Positions 12,060 through 25,088 of a stretch of DNA of 64,000 nt are shown in pieces. This DNA comes from Eledone cirrhosa (lineage: Eukaryota), in the NCBI GenBank assembly GCA_964016885.1, contig OZ024741.1:117056001-117120000 (forward strand), in the 5' to 3' direction. How positions within the stretch are numbered: position 1 is the first letter of the stretch; every line of letters begins with the position of its first letter. The notes beneath the pieces were generated by a model. It saw only the letters and a list, made by a program, of their open reading frames with translations, did not search any database and had not been told where the DNA came from. A program made the position numbers and the translations under genes.

Positions 12060-14194
12060 TGCTAAAGGAATAGGGGTGGGGAGTTCAGGCCGGGTGTGTG
12101 TGTGGCTCTGTAGGGTGAAGATGGTGTGTTGCTCGACCGTAAGGCGGGTGGTTGGTGTCCCATGGCATTGGATCAGGCCACATACTGTGAGGTGGTGGGT
12201 GGAATATCCAGGGGAGCCAAAGTGGCGGGCGATGGGGAAACTCCCGCCGAGACGTATATCGTGGAGGTGCTCCGTGAACCGATCCGCCAGGCGACGTCCA
12301 GTCTGTCCGACGTAGGTTGCGCTGCACTTCGTGCAGCGAAGTCCATAGACGGGGTTGGAGGAGGTGCAGCGGAAGGCATGCCGGACAGAGAGAGAGTGGC
12401 CGTTGGGACACTGGAAGGTGGTGGTGTTGGTGATGTGGGGGCAGGTGTGGAAGCGAGGTTTGCAGCAGGGAAGTACGTGGGTTGTGAGTAGGGAGCTGCG
12501 GACGAGGAGGGAGCGGAGATTACGCGCGTGTTTGAATGAGTGGAGGGGTGGGGGTGGGAAGATGGGGAGGGGGAGGGGTAGGACTGGAGGCATCGGAAGA
12601 GGCGGAGGATGGTGCGGTGGAGGGGTAGAGTGGAGGGTGGTAGGTGATGGGGAAGGGGAGACGGTGGGTGGGGGTGCAGGGCGTGGGGGGGGGGAGACAG
12701 CACGAGCGCGAGTGAAGCCGGTGTGAACGGGGGGGGGGGGGGGGGGTCCCCGGATGAAATGGCTGACTAGAGAAAGGGCCTGGGACTCGAAGTCAGCATC
12801 TCGGCTGCAGAGGCGGCGGATCCTGAGGAGTTGGGAGTAGGGAATGGAGTGTTTTGTGTGTGTAGGGTGGGAGGAGGTGAAGTCGAGTTAGGAGTGGGAG
12901 TCGGTGGGTTTGAAGAAGGCGGAGGTGACGAGGGAGCGGTACGAGCGGTCGATGGCGACGGAGATGTCCAAGAAGTGGAGTGGGTGGTGGAGATAGAGGT
13001 GGTGAAGTGGAGGGGTGGGTTGAAGGAGCAGAAGAAGGAGAGAAAGGAGTCGAGCTGTTGTCGGGTGAGGGTCGTGGCTCCGATACAGTCGTTGATGTAA
13101 CGACCGTACAGTTCGGGCGTGGGCCGGTGTACTGGGCAAAGATTTGGGCCTCAACATGGCCAACGAAAAGGTTGGCATAGTTTGGGCCCATTCTTGTGCA
13201 CATGGCCACCCCAGTGACCTGTTGGTAAAACTCACCCGAGAAGGAGAAGCAGTTGAGGGTGAGGACCAGCTCGGCGAGGCGAAGGAGGGTAGGGTGGAGG
13301 GGATGGAGGAGGGGTGAATGTCGAGGTAATGCCGGAGGGCACATAGGCCGTCTACGTGGAGGATGACAGTGTAGAGGGACTTAATATCTGGTGAAGAGGA
13401 GGAGTGTGGGCCGGGTGGGAAAGTGAGGGAGTCGAACAGGCGAAGGGCGTGGTTGGTGTCGGAGATGTGGTAGGGGAGGGTGGTGACGAGGGGGGCGAGG
13501 ATGGAGTCAAGAAAGGCGGAGATGGGTTTTGTGAGGCAGTTGCAAGCGGAGACATGAGGCGGCCTGGGTTTGTGGAGTTTGGTGGAGAGGGTTTGTGGAG
13601 AGGGGGTGCGGGGGTGCTGACGATGAGGTGGGAAGCGGTGGGAAGGAGGTGGTAGGAGGAGACGAGGTGTTGGATGATTGAGGAAACTTGTTGTTGGTAG
13701 AGGGGTGAGGGTCGGAGGGTAGAGGGCGGTAGAAGAGGGGGTTACAGAGCTGCCTGAGAGCTGCCTGGTGGAGGTGAGGAAGGAGAAGAGATCGGGGTTG
13801 AGGTTCTGGATGAAGAGGAAGATGGAGTGGGCGATGAGGGAGTGGCACGCGGAGTTGAGGCGGAGGAGAATGGGGGTGAGTTTGTGGTCAAGGTTGCGGA
13901 TGGTGGAGAGGGAGGAGTGGAGGGAGTTACGGATTAGGAGGCGCGAGGACGGGGTGCGGATACGTTGGGTGGAGGGGGAAGAGGAGGGGGGGGGGTGCAG
14001 TCGGAAGCCAAGGGGGATGAGGTGGAGGTGGAGGCAGCGGCTGAGGAAATGGATGTGGCTGGAATGCCGGGTTTTGGCAAAGAGGAGGTAGGAGAGTTGG
14101 GGGGCCGAAGGGAGATAGCAAGGTGGGAGGAGGGGGTGAGGAAATGTTTAAGGCGGGTGTGGAGTTGGTGGAGAAAGGATTTCAGGCTGGGCAT
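12060..14194 (-). pseudogene. Penelope-like RT/GIY-YIG ORF, multiply frameshifted
   Basis: DIKSLYTVI (RT motif A), LTLNCFSF..YQQVTGVAMCTRMGPNYANLF, YGRYIND (13088-13099, catalytic YIDD changed to YIND), linker PCCKPRFHTCPHI, and GIY-YIG VYGLRCTKCSATYVGQTGRRLADRFTEH. Confidence 0.88.
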
Positions 14195-14669
14195 GGTGGG
14201 TGTGGAGTGTAAAGCAGGGGGGGGGGGGGGGGCGAAAAGGGTAAGTGCAAAAAGGATAACCAGAGACGGAGGAGGGAAAATCAAAACAAAATTATCATAA
14301 AGAGGTGAAAATATAAACAAAAAAATCATAAGCAGAAATTACAAATAAAATAAAATAAAATAAAATAAAATAAAAAATAAAATAAAATAATCAAATATGT
14401 ATAAATGTGGCAACTTAATTGCATCCTCTATTCCAAAGTAGACTTATTCAAATGTATCCCAGTAGCCGCCATTAGATAACAGCAAGCAGATACGACTGAA
14501 GTCATGTTCGGGATTTCAATTCGCTGATGATCTTCTGGAACTTAGAATGAAGATTCTTATTTTACAGTGCTTGGTGACGTCTAATATGTCATTGAAGTAA
14601 ATAACGAAGTTAAGTGGGTCTATCGCAGTGCTACAGTGGTATCAGTCTTACTGTATTCCTGATAATCAG

Positions 14670-15013
14670 TGAAAATACCTACCACCAAAGCTTTAGATGG
14701 TTGTTACAAATGAATGCTAAAAAGGATAAAAAAAACATCAAAATACACTACAGCAACCTCCCGCCCATAAGCCATACAGTCAGTGTCAGGCGTCTTCAAC
14801 TTGCTGGTTATGTCATGATAGGTAACGAACCTGCTACAGAACTTTTACTATAGGGGCCCACTAATATGAAACGCAAACGTGGAAGCCCTATCAAGACATT
14901 ACAGAGAGTCATTGAGAAAGACAGAATTATCTGGTGAAGAACTGAGGCAGTTAATGTTGGGTTGTGTGAGCTGGAAAGGTTTTATCATGTCACCACAAAG
15001 AAGTGGATGAATT

Positions 15014-15046
<33 letters not shown>

Positions 15047-15078
15047 CAGTAGTAGCAGCAGTAGCAGCAGTAGAGCAG

Positions 15079-15145
<67 letters not shown>

Positions 15146-15146
15146 T
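14670..15146 (+). mobile_element. RTE/RTE-X LINE 3' fragment with (TAG)n/(CAG)n tail
   Basis: ALDGCY..ML..YSNLPPISHTVSVRRLQLAGYV...LLL*GPT..RKRGSP. Confidence 0.7.
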
Positions 15147-15400
15147 ACTCAGAGCATTGTGAGACACCACTAATGACACATGCTGAATTTAATCGAACCC
15201 CTTCGATCACACCATGATGGGATCTATTCATCAGGAAACACTTAACCCGCTGTAGCAGCTTTCCTTGGTCACGGATGGAGAGTTTCTTCAACATGATGCT
15301 GTAAACAACACTGTCAAACGCCTTGCTGAAATGAAGATATATAACATTACTGTTGGAGCCCTCTCACAAAGGCTTTAGGATGTGATGCAGAAGCTGTGTT
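15147..15400 (-). mobile_element. CR1/L2-type reverse transcriptase fragment
   Basis: Minus strand translates [39 protein letters not shown]. Confidence 0.75.
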
Positions 15401-15411
15401 AAGCATTGCCA

Positions 15412-15481
<70 letters not shown>

Positions 15482-15510
15482 CATATATATATATACATAT
15501 ATATATATAC

Positions 15511-15590
<80 letters not shown>

Positions 15591-16807
15591 ATATATATAT
15601 TTATACTATATATATATATAAATTTTAGTACAGCATTAACGAAGCTTTAGTTTGCGGCCAAGCTAACGAATGCAAATTCGGTATGTAGCTTTAGCACTCG
15701 AATGGGAATAGTACCCCAGAGTAATAACAATACGTTTAGACAGCTTAGCAAATCAAATATAGCGATCGGCAGTCCAGCCGCATTACCACAGCAACGAAAA
15801 TACAGGACTCAGGAAAAGATTTTAGACTGACCTGGACAGAACGCTGGGACGGAATGCACCAAATAATGCATATCGTATAGCACACGATATACATAACATA
15901 CAGCACACAGCATCAGCGCTAGGTTTCTGCAAATCCAAGATCGACAAATTCCGCTTGCATGGGTCTGCAAGTTAATGGTTTTTGACGACAGAACAAAGGA
16001 TTTACTTCTTCAGCAAGACTTGTGTTCTTTAGCCTCTGCGGGTATGTTCTAGCAATAAATTTCGCTATAGACACGTGGCTTTCCCCAAGGGAGGTAACCC
16101 CCGCTTTGGCGGTGAATTCAAATTTGAGGCAAAGGAATAAAATATATATACAATATATATAGTGTGTGTGTGTAGAGAGAGAGGGGGGAGGGGTGAGTGA
16201 GTAAAGAGACTGGAGGAGTAGGGTGAAGGAGAAAGTGGTAAGAGAGAATGGAGAGAGAGTCAGATTGAGAGGGAGAGAGAAAGTGAGAATCTTTGTATAT
16301 GTGTGTGTGTGTGTGTGTGTATGTGAATCTTTGCGTGAGTGCAAGAAGGGTCAAAAGTTGATGCAGGATTATGGTCGTACGGAATAGGAAATACAAGAGA
16401 TTATCTAAACATGTAATGCACCAAATACTTTTTTTCTCTCAATGAATGTTGAAAAATAACATGACGATAGGAATGTTAGCTGAACAAAACGATTGAACAC
16501 ACAGAAAATTAGCTTTCTTACTCTCCTTCACCCCCACTCTCTCTTACCCCTCTCTCTCTCCATCTCTCTTTTCTTTTCTCTGTCTTTCCCCCTCGGTGTC
16601 TCTCACGCTCTTGGCTGTTCTTTCTTTCTCTGCTCCGTCTTATTTCTCTTTGTCTTGCGTGTCTGTCAGGCTGTCTTCTGCACGTGTCAGTCAAGGAGCC
16701 TCTATGTGGTCAATCGACATGCTAGAAATAGCAGCCAAATCTTGTTCGAAGCACACACAAAGAAAAAATGTATTTCTGTCGGTTTCAAAGATATATTGTT
16801 GTGCGTG

Positions 16808-17236
16808 TGGCTGAGTATTCCGCAAGTACAGGTATCCTTAAGACAATCCTCAGACAGATTTAGCACGACACAATGTATAACATTGCCGGTCTTTTGAACT
16901 ACAGGTATAATCCATTTTGTATTTCAGTATTATCTGTGTATTTTACTAATACGTCTAGAGATATCGTAATTCTCAGGGAGATTCAGCAAGACACAGTATA
17001 TGACAAATTTAGGTCTTTGAATTGTAGGAACAGACCATCTTGAAATAACGTTTAAGTGTTTGAATATTCCACAGACACGTGTACCATTACATAATCCTCG
17101 GACAGAATCAGCATGAAACAACGTGCGACAAAGCCGAGCCTTTGAATTACAGGAACAGTACAGCAAGCATTAACGTATAAATGGCTGAGTATTCCACAGA
17201 CATGTGTACCTTTACCTAATCGTTAGACAGAATCAT
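16808..17236 (+). repeat. Diverged ~125-bp tandem array of a dispersed repeat
   Basis: ggctgagtattccacagacacgtgtacc..ttgaa(t)tacagg unit about 3.5 times. Single copies at ~27598-27690 and ~55335-55430. Confidence 0.65.
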
Positions 17237-17299
17237 ATGCTATATAATAAATAAAACTTGAAATATTTAATGACGTCTATTGTTCGCGGAAATGCCTTT

Positions 17300-17456
17300 G
17301 CCATTTTGTCCGCGGGGTGCCGCCGAAGCACCTCTATGACCCAGGTGTAGAGTCTGTCACCATCTTCCCTTCGTTTCTTTCTTCCTTTGTCTAGAAGTCC
17401 TTGCTCTTCCCCTCCTTTACCTCTTATTTATGGCATTTATAATCCTTTCCAATACT
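17300..17456 (+). repeat. Dispersed repeat (second copy ~54826-54970)
   Basis: Shared gccgaa.cacc ... ctag.agtccttgct ... atttatggcatttata.tcctttcc.atac. Confidence 0.6.
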
Positions 17457-17498
17457 AGCTGTTGAAACGGCAACAGCTCAGCCGTCGTATCCCGTCTT

Positions 17499-17590
<92 letters not shown>

Positions 17591-17685
17591 CCGAAGAGAT
17601 TGTTTTGGTAAAAATAGGAGCAAGCAGGAGAAAACTCTCAACATTCGTAGTTTGTAGTTACGATGGAGATTCAGTATAATAATGA

Positions 17686-17825
17686 TTTCTACTATAGGCA
17701 CAAGGCCAGTAATTTTTAGGGGAGCGGAAAGTCGATTAAATCGACCCCAGTGTGTTATTGGTGCTTTATTTTATCGACCCCGTAAGCATGAAAGGCAAAG
17801 TTAACCTCGGCGGGATTTGAACTCA
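17686..17825 (-). mobile_element. SINE S1 (truncated)
   Basis: B-box GAGTTCAAATCCC plus the S1 body on the minus strand. Confidence 0.8.
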
Positions 17826-18126
17826 ACATTAATAAAGATGCTGATGTTACATAAATCGTTTATTCATTATAATTATTTCAACGGTTCTCCCATGCAATCA
17901 AGATATAATTCATGCATTTGTTGCTGTTATGAGAACGGTATCCTCAGATGAAATTCTATTTTGTGATATGCTGCTGGCAGGACAAAAAACAGACGTCCTT
18001 CTGCTCGTGCGTCCAGCATTCTCATAACAGCAACAAATGCAATTACATCTTGATTGCATGGAAGAACCGTTAAATAATTATAATGAATAAAAGATTTATG
18101 AAACATCAGCATCTTTATTAATGTTA
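17825..18126. repeat. Inverted repeat (~110-bp arms, ~80-nt spacer)
   Basis: aacattaataaagatgctgatg..gttgctgttatgagaa mirrors ttctcataacagcaac..catcagcatctttattaatgtt. Confidence 0.75.
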
Positions 18127-18343
18127 TTATGTAAATATATATTATTACTCAGAGAAGCAATATTATATATTAAATTTAATTGAGAAAAAACTCTATTTAT
18201 GGGAGTAAAGGCCAGATAGACTGAAAAAAACAAAAAAACAAATGCTATCCATACTCGCTTGTATAAAGATATCCCTACCAGGGTTTAATTGCGGAATAAC
18301 CTATTATTTGGGAAACCAATAATTGGAGAATCCGCAATATTCT

Positions 18344-18720
18344 TTAGGGAAGTTTTAATTCTTCAAAAGACAAGGGTCTTTGCCGATGCCGTATGTGGTG
18401 ATGGTTGGGCGGGGAAAGATTCACGGGTGGGTGATGAAGAAGAAATATGAAGTGCTCGTTCCAGTGTTTGAGGCAGGTGGTTTTTGTGGTGATGACGTTG
18501 CAATTCATATCCTTCACCAGCGCTGTCTTGATTCGGGGACCGGCACACACTCTGCGGGGTGTGTTGAACAGCTGGCTGCGGTCGTTGTTCTGTTGCGTCC
18601 AGGCGCTAGGCTTCTTCTGGCCAAAACTTCTCCCGGTCACCCGTGATTGCCTTGTTATGTGTCCGGTTGGGCTGGCGGTACTCATTCATGACGTCGTGCA
18701 GGCAAGCCTTGCGACAACAT
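18344..18720 (-). mobile_element. LINE ORF2 fragment (APE-RT linker, RTE-like)
   Basis: VKDMNCNVITTK..CLKHWNEHF..LLHHPP. Confidence 0.55.
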
Positions 18721-18861
18721 TTAATTATCTCCTGCGCGTATTATATATTTAACAAAGAACTCCAAATTTTGAACTTAGCGCATAGAACCCCATTTCTACT
18801 TTTGGACGAACTCCAGAGTGGGAATCGCTGGTATATACGTTTGGCTGTTCATACGAGAAAA

Positions 18862-18953
<92 letters not shown>

Positions 18954-18956
<3 letters not shown>

Positions 18957-19363
18957 GAAGAATTAGAAATAGAAGTTAGGAATATCCATCACCAGTTGTC
19001 TACTAGGCATCATAGGTATTTCTTCTCATTACAGACAATATACCTCCGCCTAGGGCGATACAATAACTAAAATAAGTTATTGGGATAAAAAAGAGTTGGG
19101 TGGAGAAAGAGAGAGACAGGTAAACAGACACGACTGGTGAGGTAACGTTGTTTTGTTTTTCCTCTCTTTACGTTACCTCACCAGTCGTGTCTGTTTACCT
19201 GTCTCTCTCTTTCTCCACCCAACTCTTTTTATCCCAATAACTTATTTTAGTTATTGTATCGCCCTAGGCGGAGGTATATTGTCTGTAATGAGAAGAAATA
19301 CCTATGATGCCTAGTAGACAACTGGTGATGGATATTCCTAACTTCTATTTCTAATTCTTCATT
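18954..19363. repeat. Near-perfect inverted repeat (~193-bp arms, 23-nt spacer) between (TA)n tracts
   Basis: 18954-19147 mirrors 19171-19363. Only a homopolymer indel was noticed. Confidence 0.85.
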
Positions 19364-19429
19364 TTTTATACTTAATTGCAACAACACAGCTCGCCATTTT
19401 TGATATATATATATATATATATATATATA

Positions 19430-19896
19430 GTGGTAGAACACTGGAAGGTAATATCCGTAGTAGTAGAGCACTCAGTCCATAGGACGAGTTAGATAGAAGT
19501 GGTAACACAGTCAGTTCACCATCAGGGAGTAATCCAGTTCGTATAAATCCATTCAGAGGTTGATGAGACACAAAGTTGTGAAGGACACGAGGATATAGAG
19601 AGCGCTCTCAGGGTAGAAAGCCTAACTCTCCCATGGACTGAGTGCTCTACCACTACGGATATTACCTTCCAGTGTTCTACCTGTATATACGTCTCTAGCA
19701 CCGGTCAGCAGATTCTTTTCACCACGTGGAAGTTTGGCTTTTAGCAGATTCTTCACCATGGGAGAGTTTGGACTTTCTACCCTGAGAGCGCTCTCTATAT
19801 CCTCGTGTCCTTCACAACTTTGTGTCTCATCAACCTCTGAATGGATTTATACGAACTGGATTACTCCCTGATGGTGAACTGACTGTTGTATTACCA

Positions 19897-19899
<3 letters not shown>
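19430..19899. mobile_element. Doubly inverted mini-element (family also at 9126-9225 and ~50270-50328)
   Basis: 19430-19480 is mirrored at 19632-19682, and 19498-19635 is mirrored at 19756-19898. GAGCACTCAG motif present and (TA)n flanks. Confidence 0.7.
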
Positions 19900-19957
<58 letters not shown>

Positions 19958-20277
19958 GTGAGTTTTTGTACAAAATGAAAAAAAAACGAGATGGCCTAAA
20001 CGAGTGAAAATATAAGGAAAAAAGGTGAAATTGAAAATGCAACTAGAGTCTTTTTTTATAAAAATATATATTTATTTGGTTCCTTTACCGGTTTCGCAGT
20101 TCTTCTGCTTTTCAAAAGTAGAATTGAGATGGAGGGTTTGTGGTTTTTCTCACATCTGGTTGGTGTTTGAATGTTACTTCTGTTTTATATGGAAAAAAGT
20201 GGCTCGAAATGCTAGGTTTTTAGAGAAGTAATTTGGTTGGTTGGCGAATAAGTATAATAAATTTAATAAATTTCGCG

Positions 20278-20340
<63 letters not shown>

Positions 20341-21206
20341 CGCGCGTGCGTGTCTGCGTGTGTGTGTGTATGTATATATATGTAGCTGCGAAGCTGTAGC
20401 ACTGCTTAAGTGCACATCTATAACTTATATATATAAATACATCTACAATATCCAATGGAGCTGTTGTTTCTTTTTAGGGGGCTGGGTATGGTTTCCGTGT
20501 TATGACTAACCATACATTTTTTCTAGACATAATATATCTAGGACTACATTATTTAATGTTTCCCGCCTCTCCACACGTTTACTTCCTCTCGCTCCATTCA
20601 GAAAAGTAAAGTTAGCGCTCATGACTATGGTCAAGTCTTTCAAGACTGGTAGGAGGAAGGGAAGAATTTATCTTCAGAAATCGCTTAAATCCTTGCAAAG
20701 AGTATACTTCACTCAAGGCATTCAAGGGCCAGATTGTGGTGTTAAACCGGGCGAAGGATTAAGATGTTAGGGCGTGGTTTTGTGAAAGGTTTATCTACTA
20801 ATTCTTGTGGGTCAAATAACCGTGTAGAAGTTCTGTCATTAGCTCAGAATGATATTATCAATTTATTTCAGATGCCAAAAGTTTTACGCATGACCTTAAA
20901 TGATGGTGAACCATCGTTTTTGCCGTATGAAAGTAAATTCGTGTTTTAGAAGATTTTCTTCATTTAGTAATTAGTTGTGATAAACTTGGATATGTAGGAG
21001 AAGGGAGGAATGACACATTTAACTGGATTCACTCGCCGATTAAAAGAGGAAATTATAAAATAAAGGAGAAAAAAATAAAACAAAGAGAAAACGAATCAAT
21101 AATATGACAATACTATGTTATTAGTTAAAGAGGTTAAAGAAATTAATAAAAAGCAATTAAAGAGTTTGAATAAATTTTGAAACTGGTAATACTTTAATAT
21201 TAAGTA

Positions 21207-21350
21207 CAGGCGTTGCTAAGTAGTTAAGGATTTCGATTCACAACCATGGGATTCCGGGTTCAATCCTTTAGTTGAATGATTTCTACTATAGCCTCGGCTT
21301 GACGAATGTTTTGTAAATGAAATTTGGTAGCTGGAAACTGCAAAAACTTC
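21207..21350 (+). mobile_element. Decayed tRNA-derived SINE (third family)
   Basis: caggcgttgctaagtagttaag...gggttcaatcc...ttctactatagcctcgg...gaaatttggtagctggaaactg. Confidence 0.55.
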
Positions 21351-21462
21351 TAGTATATATATATACATACACAGGGTGTCCCAAAAATGTATACACACTT
21401 CAACAGCATTCTAATAAATATATATACATATACTATAAGTTTTTGCAGTTACCATCTACCAA

Positions 21463-21539
<77 letters not shown>

Positions 21540-21669
21540 CTGCCATACTAAGAGTGAGAAATGAAATTTCGTTTCATTCTATTCCATTTATATATATATA
21601 TAATAGTGTATAAGTATCGTAGGAGAACTTGTTTTAACGGCTTGTAACTCCTTCAATCATTCATTTGCT

Positions 21670-21759
<90 letters not shown>

Positions 21760-22293
21760 CGAGTGTGTGCTGACGTCTTGTAACTTAAATTCTTTTGTAT
21801 TTTTTAACATATTTTTTTCGAATTTTAATCGTTCTATTTTTATTTCTACAAGATGATTAATCAATTATGTAGAATTTCAAGACGGACAAATTCGAGTTTT
21901 TCTTTATAAATATATAGTATATATCGCTAGTGGTGCTATTAGGTTAGACATGGCCTGGGCCAATACTAGCCGAAACCTATCAAAGTTATCAAAATTATAC
22001 AATGGGGTCTTGCGATTGCAATGGATTGACAGACCATTAGTGATGTCGAATAAAATGATTTAGCGTATTTAATTCCAACCATATACGTACTGAGTTCATG
22101 GCTGGTGAATTTTGCCTTTCGTCACTTAGAGGTTAATAAAATAAAGCAAGAATTAAATACATATTTAAAAACGCGAGTTGAATCATCTGGCCACGTTGTA
22201 AGAAGTCAATTAAGATATACCTATTCTGTTTGTAACATCGAGTTGTTTTTATGTGACTAGCTACGAACACACACAAGAGAAGCAATCTGATGA

Positions 22294-22597
22294 TGGCTGG
22301 TTGTTTGTGTTGGCTGGCTGGTTGTTTGTGTTGGCTGGCTGGTTGTTTGTGTTGGCTGGCTGGTTGTTTGTGTTGGCTGGCTGGTTGTTTGTGTTGGTTG
22401 GCTGGTTGTTTGTGTTGGCTGGTTGGTTGTTTGTGTTGGCTGGCTGGTTGTTTGTGTTGGTTGGCTGGTTGTTTGTGTTGGCTGGCTGGTTGTTTGTGTT
22501 GGCTGGCTGGTTGTTTGTGTTGGCTGGCTGGTTGTTTGTGTTGGTTGGCTGGTTGTTTGTGTTGGCTGGCTGGTTGTTTGTGTTGGCTGGCTGGTTG
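22294..22597. repeat. 21-bp minisatellite (GGCTGGTTGTTTGTGTTGGCT)n, ~14 copies
   Basis: Direct reading; it produces the WLFVLAG pseudo-ORF. Confidence 0.95.
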
Positions 22598-22759
22598 CTT
22601 AACTGGTTGGGCAGAATGGCTGGCTGGTCGGCTGGTCAGTGGTTTGAATGGAAGGAATGGTTGGCTGGTTGTGGGGTTTGATACTATATTGTATAATATT
22701 CTATTTAGGAATCGAGTTCAGATCTTACTGGAATTGATAGAGTATGTACCAATGAAATA

Positions 22760-22946
22760 ATTGTTTCTATTTTAGGCACAAGGCCAGCAATTACCCAGTA
22801 CATTACTGGTACTTTATTTTATCGACCCCGTAAGGATGAAAGGCAAAGTTAACCTCGGCGGGATTTGAACTCAGATCGTAAAGAGAGGTTACTCTTTGCG
22901 TCAAAGCATGGCGTCCGACCCTCTACCGATACTGCCAATCCACCGT
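22760..22946 (-). mobile_element. SINE S1 (full, tRNA head)
   Basis: A-box TGGCAGTATCGGTAG, B-box GAGTTCAAATCCC and the S1 body. Confidence 0.85.
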
Positions 22947-23077
22947 CCTATGGTGTCGATTATACCTACGACTATATACGACTATATACTTGTACATACG
23001 AGTGTATGTCTTGTTTTTGAAGAAACGTAAAAAGAAAGGGAATAGCGATGGATAGGCAGAGAGAGGAACATAGAAAG

Positions 23078-23180
<103 letters not shown>

Positions 23181-23471
23181 GAGGGCAGAGAATAGATGTG
23201 AGATAGTTACTGAAATATGAATTTGCTGAAAAACAGGGTTGTGGGCAGAAGAAGAAGAAGAAGAAGAAGAAGAAGAAGAAGAAGAAGAAGAAGAGGGGGA
23301 ATTGAGGGAGGGGAAAACCCGGTAGTAGGGTTCAAACGTCATAGAGCTTAAGTTCTGTGAGCCGGACAAATTCGTTGTTAATCTGCCAGTTAATCCTCTT
23401 CAAAGTCAAAAATATGATAAAATAATCACTGCTGATTGCGAGCGGGAAAATAAAATAGAAGCAATCTGATG

Positions 23472-25088
23472 ATGGCTGGCTGTTTAGTTGGGCAGGCTGG
23501 TTGGCTGGTTGGCTGGTTGGCTGGTTGGCTGGATGGCTGGCTGGTTGGCTGGATGGCTGGATGGTTGGCTGGCTGGTTGGTTGGCTGGATGGTTGGTTGG
23601 TTGGCTGGATGGTTGGTTGGCTGGTTGGCTGGATGGTTGGTTGGCTGGTTGGCTGGATGGCTGGATGGCTGGTTGGCTGGATGGTTGGTTGGCTGGATGG
23701 TGGCTGGCTGGCTGGATGGCTGGATGGTTGGTTGGCTGGATGGTTGGTTGGCTGGATGGTTGGTTGGCTGGATGGTGGCTGGCTGGCTGGATGGCTGGAT
23801 GGTTGGTTGGCTGGATGGTTGGTTGGCTGGATGGATGGCTGGATGGCTGGATGGTTGGGGAGGCTGGTTGGCTGGTTGGCTGGATGGTGGTTGGGCGGCT
23901 GGTTAGTTGGGCGGCTGGTTGGGCAGGCTGGTTGGCTGTTTGGTTGGTTGGGCAGAATGGCTGGCTGGCTGGTTGGGGAGGCTGGTTGGCCAGAATGGCT
24001 GGCTGGCTGGTTGGTTGGAGGCTGGTTGGGCAGAATGGCTGGCTGGCTGGCTGGTTGGGTGGCTGGTTGACTGGTTGGGTAGGCTGGTTGAGCAGGCTGG
24101 TTGGCTGGGTTGGTGGTTGGGCAGAATGGCTGGCTGGCTGGTTGGGGAGGCTAGTTGGGCAGAATGGCTGGCTGGCTGGTTGACTGGTTGACTGGTTGGG
24201 CAGGCTGGTTGAGCAGGCTGGTTGAGCAGGCTGGTTGGCTGGGTGTAATTTGGGCAGAATGGCTGGTGGTTGGTTGACTAGTTGACTGGTTGGGCAGGCT
24301 GGTTGAGCAGGCTGGTTGAGCAGGCTGGTTGGCTGGGTGTTGGTTGGGCAGAAAGGCTGGCTGGCTGGCTGGTGGCTGGTTGACTGGTTGAGCAGGCTGG
24401 TTGAGCAGGCTGGTTGGCTGGGTGTTGGTCGGGCAGAAATGCTGGCTGGTTGGTTGGCTGGTTGGGAAGAATGGCTGGCTGGTTGGTTGGCTGGTTGACT
24501 GGTTGGGCACGCTGGTTGGCTGGGTGTTGGTTGAGCAGAATGGCTGGCCGGCTGGATGGTTGGGAAGGCTGGTCGGATGGTTGGTTGGTTGGGCTGAATA
24601 GCCGGCTGGCTGGTTGGGCAGGCTGGTTGGCTGGTTGTTTGGTTGGGCTGAATAGCCGGCTGGCTGGTTGGGAAGGCTGGCTGGCTGGTTGGTTGGTTGG
24701 GATGAATAGCTGGCTGGCTGGTCAATTTGGGAGGAATGGCTGGCTGGTCGTGATTTGGTTGGGAGGAATGGTTGGCCGGGAGGCTGGATGTTTAGCTGGT
24801 TGTATGATTGGCGGAATGGTTGGCTGAGGTGCTGGTTGGTGTGTTGGCTGGGTGGTGTGTTGGCTGGGTGGTGTGTTGGCTGGTTCGTTATTTGTTGGAA
24901 TGGTTGGCTGGTTAACTGGATGGTTAACTGGTTGTTTGTGTGGTCTGGCTGGCTGGCTGGCTGGTTAGTTGCTTGACTGGGCGAAATGGTTGGCTGGTCG
25001 AGACAGTTGGCTGGTTGGGTGAGTTCAGTTGGCTGGTTGGCTGGACGGCTTGCTGGCTGGTTGTTTGGTTGGTTAGCTGGACAGGTTG
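23472..25088. repeat. Complex (TGGN)n tetramer-based satellite
   Basis: GGCT/GGTT/GGAT units with recurring GGGCAGAATGGCT and GAGCAGGCT subunits. Confidence 0.92.

Larger units (their letters stand above)
10338..14390 (-). mobile_element. Penelope-like retroelement (C-terminal GIY-YIG, Cys linker; Neptune-like), decayed
   Basis: Contains the RT and GIY-YIG remnants listed below, a long CA-rich 3' region and a hammerhead core at ~10526-10556. The 3' end abuts (TA)n. The 5' boundary near (TAAAA)n is approximate. Confidence 0.85.

Noticed and set aside
15222-15240. CTGATGA on the minus strand as a hammerhead
   Set aside because: It is part of the CR1-type RT coding remnant (FLMNR), with no helix I or GAAA partner.
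15919-16130. Non-repetitive open stretch on the minus strand as a host exon
   Set aside because: No recognisable protein motif or convincing pair of splice sites.
21371-21398. CAGGGTGTCCCAAAA Tc1/mariner-like TIR
   Set aside because: No partner TIR was found in the window; too short to call an element.
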